From the NCBI RefSeq assembly GCF_009914755.1, contig NC_060931.1: DNA of 64,000 bases; one strand, written 5' to 3'. Of this stretch, positions 58,786-64,000 are shown in pieces (position 1 is the stretch's first letter; every line of letters begins with the position of its first letter). Position numbers and translations under genes: made by a program. The stretch is from the human T2T-CHM13v2.0 reference genome, Homo sapiens. Under the pieces are notes generated by a model. That model had not been told where the DNA came from, made no database searches, and saw only the letters and a list, made by a program, of their open reading frames with translations.

Positions 58786-59402
58786 GGATGGCAAGGCTGG
58801 GCTGAGAAGGCAGTACTGCAGGGAGCTGGCCTGCCTAAGAATAAGGCCAACAGAAGGAAAACAAAGTCCAGGATTGCAGAAGCAGGGAGTCTTGACTGTG
58901 TTTCTGTGCCTGGATACAGCTATGCCTAAAGCCACCTCTCACCTGTGGGCATTCACAAGTTCCCTCTTTTTTCAGGGCCTAGTTGGGTTGGGATTTCAGT
59001 CAGTTGTCACTAGAGGTCATGACTGATGCATGTGCCTCGGGGCCCAAGCCCTGGCCTTTGCGCGCCTTCTTGATTCTGTATTCCTCGTGTTGCAGTTCGG
59101 GAAGTCTGGTCTTCCAGACAGGTGGTCCCTCTGAATACGCCGCAGTACTTCCTTGATTTGCACAGAGACAAGCAGATCAGAAGTTGGTGGGAGGCCAGCT
59201 GAGAGTTTTTGAGTCGGAAGGATGCACCTTTGCTGATTCTTAGACTTGGTGACTTGCCTGTGGTACCCTGGATGGTGAGTGATGGAGCTGAGACTGAGTC
59301 AGGCTGTGGGGCCACTTGGTTGTTTTGTCCACACTTGGGAGCCTGGTGAAGGCTGCGGGGGACATCCTTGTTAGACCAGGATGACAGAGCTGTTCCTGTT
59401 TC

Positions 59403-59739
<337 letters not shown>

Positions 59740-61061
59740 TAGAGCTGAAAGAATCTTCTCTTTGTTTGGTGACAGAGTGGAGTGCTGGTCCTTGGAGGTC
59801 TCAGTGGCCCTGCTTTTGCTGAGACAGGCTCATCTCCTCCCCAGGCACTCAGGAGGGCCGCTACAGGGTGCTCAAGGCTTTGTGCTTCAAGGACAGAGCT
59901 GGAATGAAGCCCTAGCAGCCCAGCTCCTCGTCAGCCCCATTGCCATTCCCTGTCCTCCCCGAGCACTTTGCACATTCAAAAGCTGTTTCAGAAGTAGCAG
60001 CACATCCGATTCTCTTTAATGCACTTCCAGGCAGCACAGATGTGCATCAATGAATGAATGTTCCCTGAACCAAAGTGCTTCCGTGGGCCTCATGGTCCCC
60101 TCCCTCGGCACCCACTCCCAGGCCAAGAGCGTCCTATGAATCATGCATTTGTTCCTGTTATTGCTGTTCACAGAGTGGCAACTCTTGCAAAGGGAGGGGT
60201 ACAAAGTGAATTTTTAGATGCTGCAGGAGACGAAGGGTCAGGGACTCTGGCTGGGGTGGGGATGGGGAACGGGAAGAAGCAGACCTTGTCAGGGGGTGAT
60301 GGATGTAGGCTCCTGGAGGGGAAGCTTGCAGAGTCCAGAGCCCTGCCACCTGTTCACATGGCAACGGCACCCTGGCTGTAACACCTCCTGCATATGTCCA
60401 TATGTAACAGGCTTTATCCTGAATGGAGAATTTGGCACCTGAAGCAGTCCCATGTGGAGTCCAGCTGACACGGGAGTGGGGTGGGGAGGGAACCAACAGA
60501 CACAAAACAAAGCACTGGGTTGGGGAGGGGGCAGGTGGAGGGGGTGCAAAAATCTCCATGGCTGAAGAGACAGCAAACCAGAGACCAGACTAACAAGAGA
60601 TGTGCAGACGGCTATACAGCAACTCCCAAATCGAAATGATTGCATGAAGCTCGTTCAAATATCCAAAGGCATAAATTAAGCACTGAGACCGTCTGTCCCT
60701 AAAATGTGTCAGTCAGACAGACAGATGACTGAGGGAAGACAGCTGATGTTTCCGTCGTTTGCAAAAATACAGTACTCTGATTTTGAGGGGGAGGCACCAA
60801 AATTCGTGATTCAACTTTGAAAGCAATGTTCAAAGTTTAAAAAAAAAATTTAAAGCTTGAAAAATGTCCCTGGAAAGGAACATGAAGACAAGTGTTATGA
60901 AAAGATGAAAGTCTCTCCCTTCAATGAAATGAAGGAAAAACATCATTGCACCAGCCACGTGGATGCTCCTGACAGCAGCGTCTCCTTGGGGAGGGTTGGA
61001 GGGGCGGTGGCTGTTTTTCCTTGTGGGAGAAGAGCTGGGATGAGAACTCCAGGGAAACCCG

Positions 61062-61408
61062 CAAGAGTGGATCCAGGCTTTGTGAGGCCTGAAGCTTAGA
61101 CACTTCAGGGGATTCCCGTTGAGGGAAAGAATATGTAAATACAATATAAGCTTAGGTACGAAAGTGAATGTTTATTTAAAATGAGAAAAGAAATCACTAC
61201 AAAGTATAGGCACCCTGTATATTCAGGTCCCTTTCTTCTGCCACCCGTTTAGGTAACTTACTAGAGATGTTTGCAGACTCCATCCTGATTTCTCTCTCCA
61301 CCCAGAACACTCTATGGCTCCCAGCATCTCCCAACTCTTGCAGGGGCCCAAGCAAGCGAAGGGTCCTGACATTGGGGTATCATTAGCTTTACCCAGAATC
61401 TGTCTCTG
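61062..61408. mobile_element. hAT-Tip100 (Arthur1-like) DNA transposon fossil
   Basis: GGATCCAGGCTTTGTGAGGCCTGAAGCTTA..TAGGTACGAAAGTGAAT..AATCTGTCTCTG with degenerate TIRs. Confidence 0.55.
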
Positions 61409-62539
61409 GAAATGAGGGTGCCCAGAAAAGCCAGCTCTCTGCCCTGACTGGGATTTGCTTTCAGTGGGATTCAGGGTCTGTGAGTAGGAGGCTGGAGGAT
61501 TTAGAAAAATCCAGAATGCCTGTGCTCTGGGATCTGGGGGCAGTTGCCGGAAGGCAGCCTGGCCTGGGTTTGTAATTTCGGTTCATGGAAATCTGGCCAA
61601 TTGAATCATACTCTGCAAAGAGCCCAAGCATAGGGAGGCAGAGGCTGGTGAGCACAGGGAGGCAGGCTGGTGAGCACAGGGCCTGGAGACAGCTGTGGGC
61701 AGACAGCCATTCAGCTGGGGTCAGGCAAGAGGCATCTTGGCTAAGGTATCGAGGTTTTCTTGCCAGGGCTGGTCCTTCATGTGGGAGAGAAAGCCTCAGG
61801 CTGCCCTAGCCCAGAGCCCCTGCCCAAGTTTACCTCCCTCTCCTTGTTCTGATTCTGGGTTAAACAGGCAAATGTGGGCAGGGGCGGGCATTGGTGTCTT
61901 TCTCTAGGAGACCTGCTTATTGGACAAGAAATTAAAGCCAGTTTGCAAGGAGGTCTGTCCATCCGAAGCAGCCAGACAATATTAATCTGGCTCTCTTGGG
62001 AGCTTGCCTGAGGAACAGAGGGTACTGGTCTGTCACCTTGTATGCCTGATAACTGTGTCTCTCAGGGCAAGTCACTAAATTGGCATTGTGGTTTTATTCA
62101 TCCATTTCTTTGAACCTGGTTCATGCCAGGTCACCTCCAAGAGAGATGGAACCATTTCACTGTGCCCAGAAAATCAATGTCTGGTGCACAGCCAGCGCTC
62201 AATAAATATCACCGGAATGAATGAAAATTAGATTTCTGAGTTTGCTGGGGAGGGCTGGGCTCAGACAGTAGCGGGTTCCCAAGGAAATGGTCGCCTTGCT
62301 CGGGCTAGGCTGGGGGAGCAGCCGGCCCGTGCTGGGTTCTCTCTGATGGATCACAGTGAGCAACAGAAGCGTGGGTGGGTATCACCTTCAGCCTCCACTG
62401 ACTGCTGTGGAATCCTGTTAATGCCACTGCCTAAATACCCCAGAACTGCCCTCTTCTCTCCATCCCTTTGCCCTAGAACTCTCTCTTGCCTAGATGGCCA
62501 TAGCAGCTTCCTTCACTCTGAAGCCTGGTTGGGTTTCTT

Positions 62540-63153
<614 letters not shown>

Positions 63154-63263
63154 CAGGTGGGTTTTTATAAAGCTCAAACCAATCACCTTCCCTCCTGGCT
63201 CGAAGACCTCTCTGCCTCCCCATTAACCAAAGACAAACCTCAAACTCCTGAACATGGCACTGA

Positions 63264-64000
<737 letters not shown>

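Overview
Primate, almost certainly human, non-coding DNA with very high Alu density: roughly 100 Alu/FLAM/FRAM copies make up about half the window. L1, L2, MaLR/ERV LTR and DNA-transposon fossils and simple repeats are interspersed. I find no intact protein-coding gene; nearly all ORFs in the track are Alu-, L1- or microsatellite-derived. The one clear gene-derived feature is a frameshifted processed PPIA (cyclophilin A) pseudogene on the minus strand (~50849-51606), inserted into an AluJ tail. Less obvious observations: (i) a very decayed Ty3/Gypsy-like pol (PR-RT-IN motifs in the right order and spacing) at ~49870-53930 that hosts the PPIA retrocopy; (ii) several inverted, locally templated insertions and fold-back junctions (32690, 53071, 39458, 18892, 17867, 35447) that look like DNA-repair scars, one preserving sequence since lost from its donor; (iii) two same-orientation CTCF motifs and a few enhancer-like motif clusters in unique islands. 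I see no evidence of a new enzymatic or defence-type system. Repeat subfamily names come from remembered consensus sequences, and repeat boundaries are approximate (about +/-10-20 bp).
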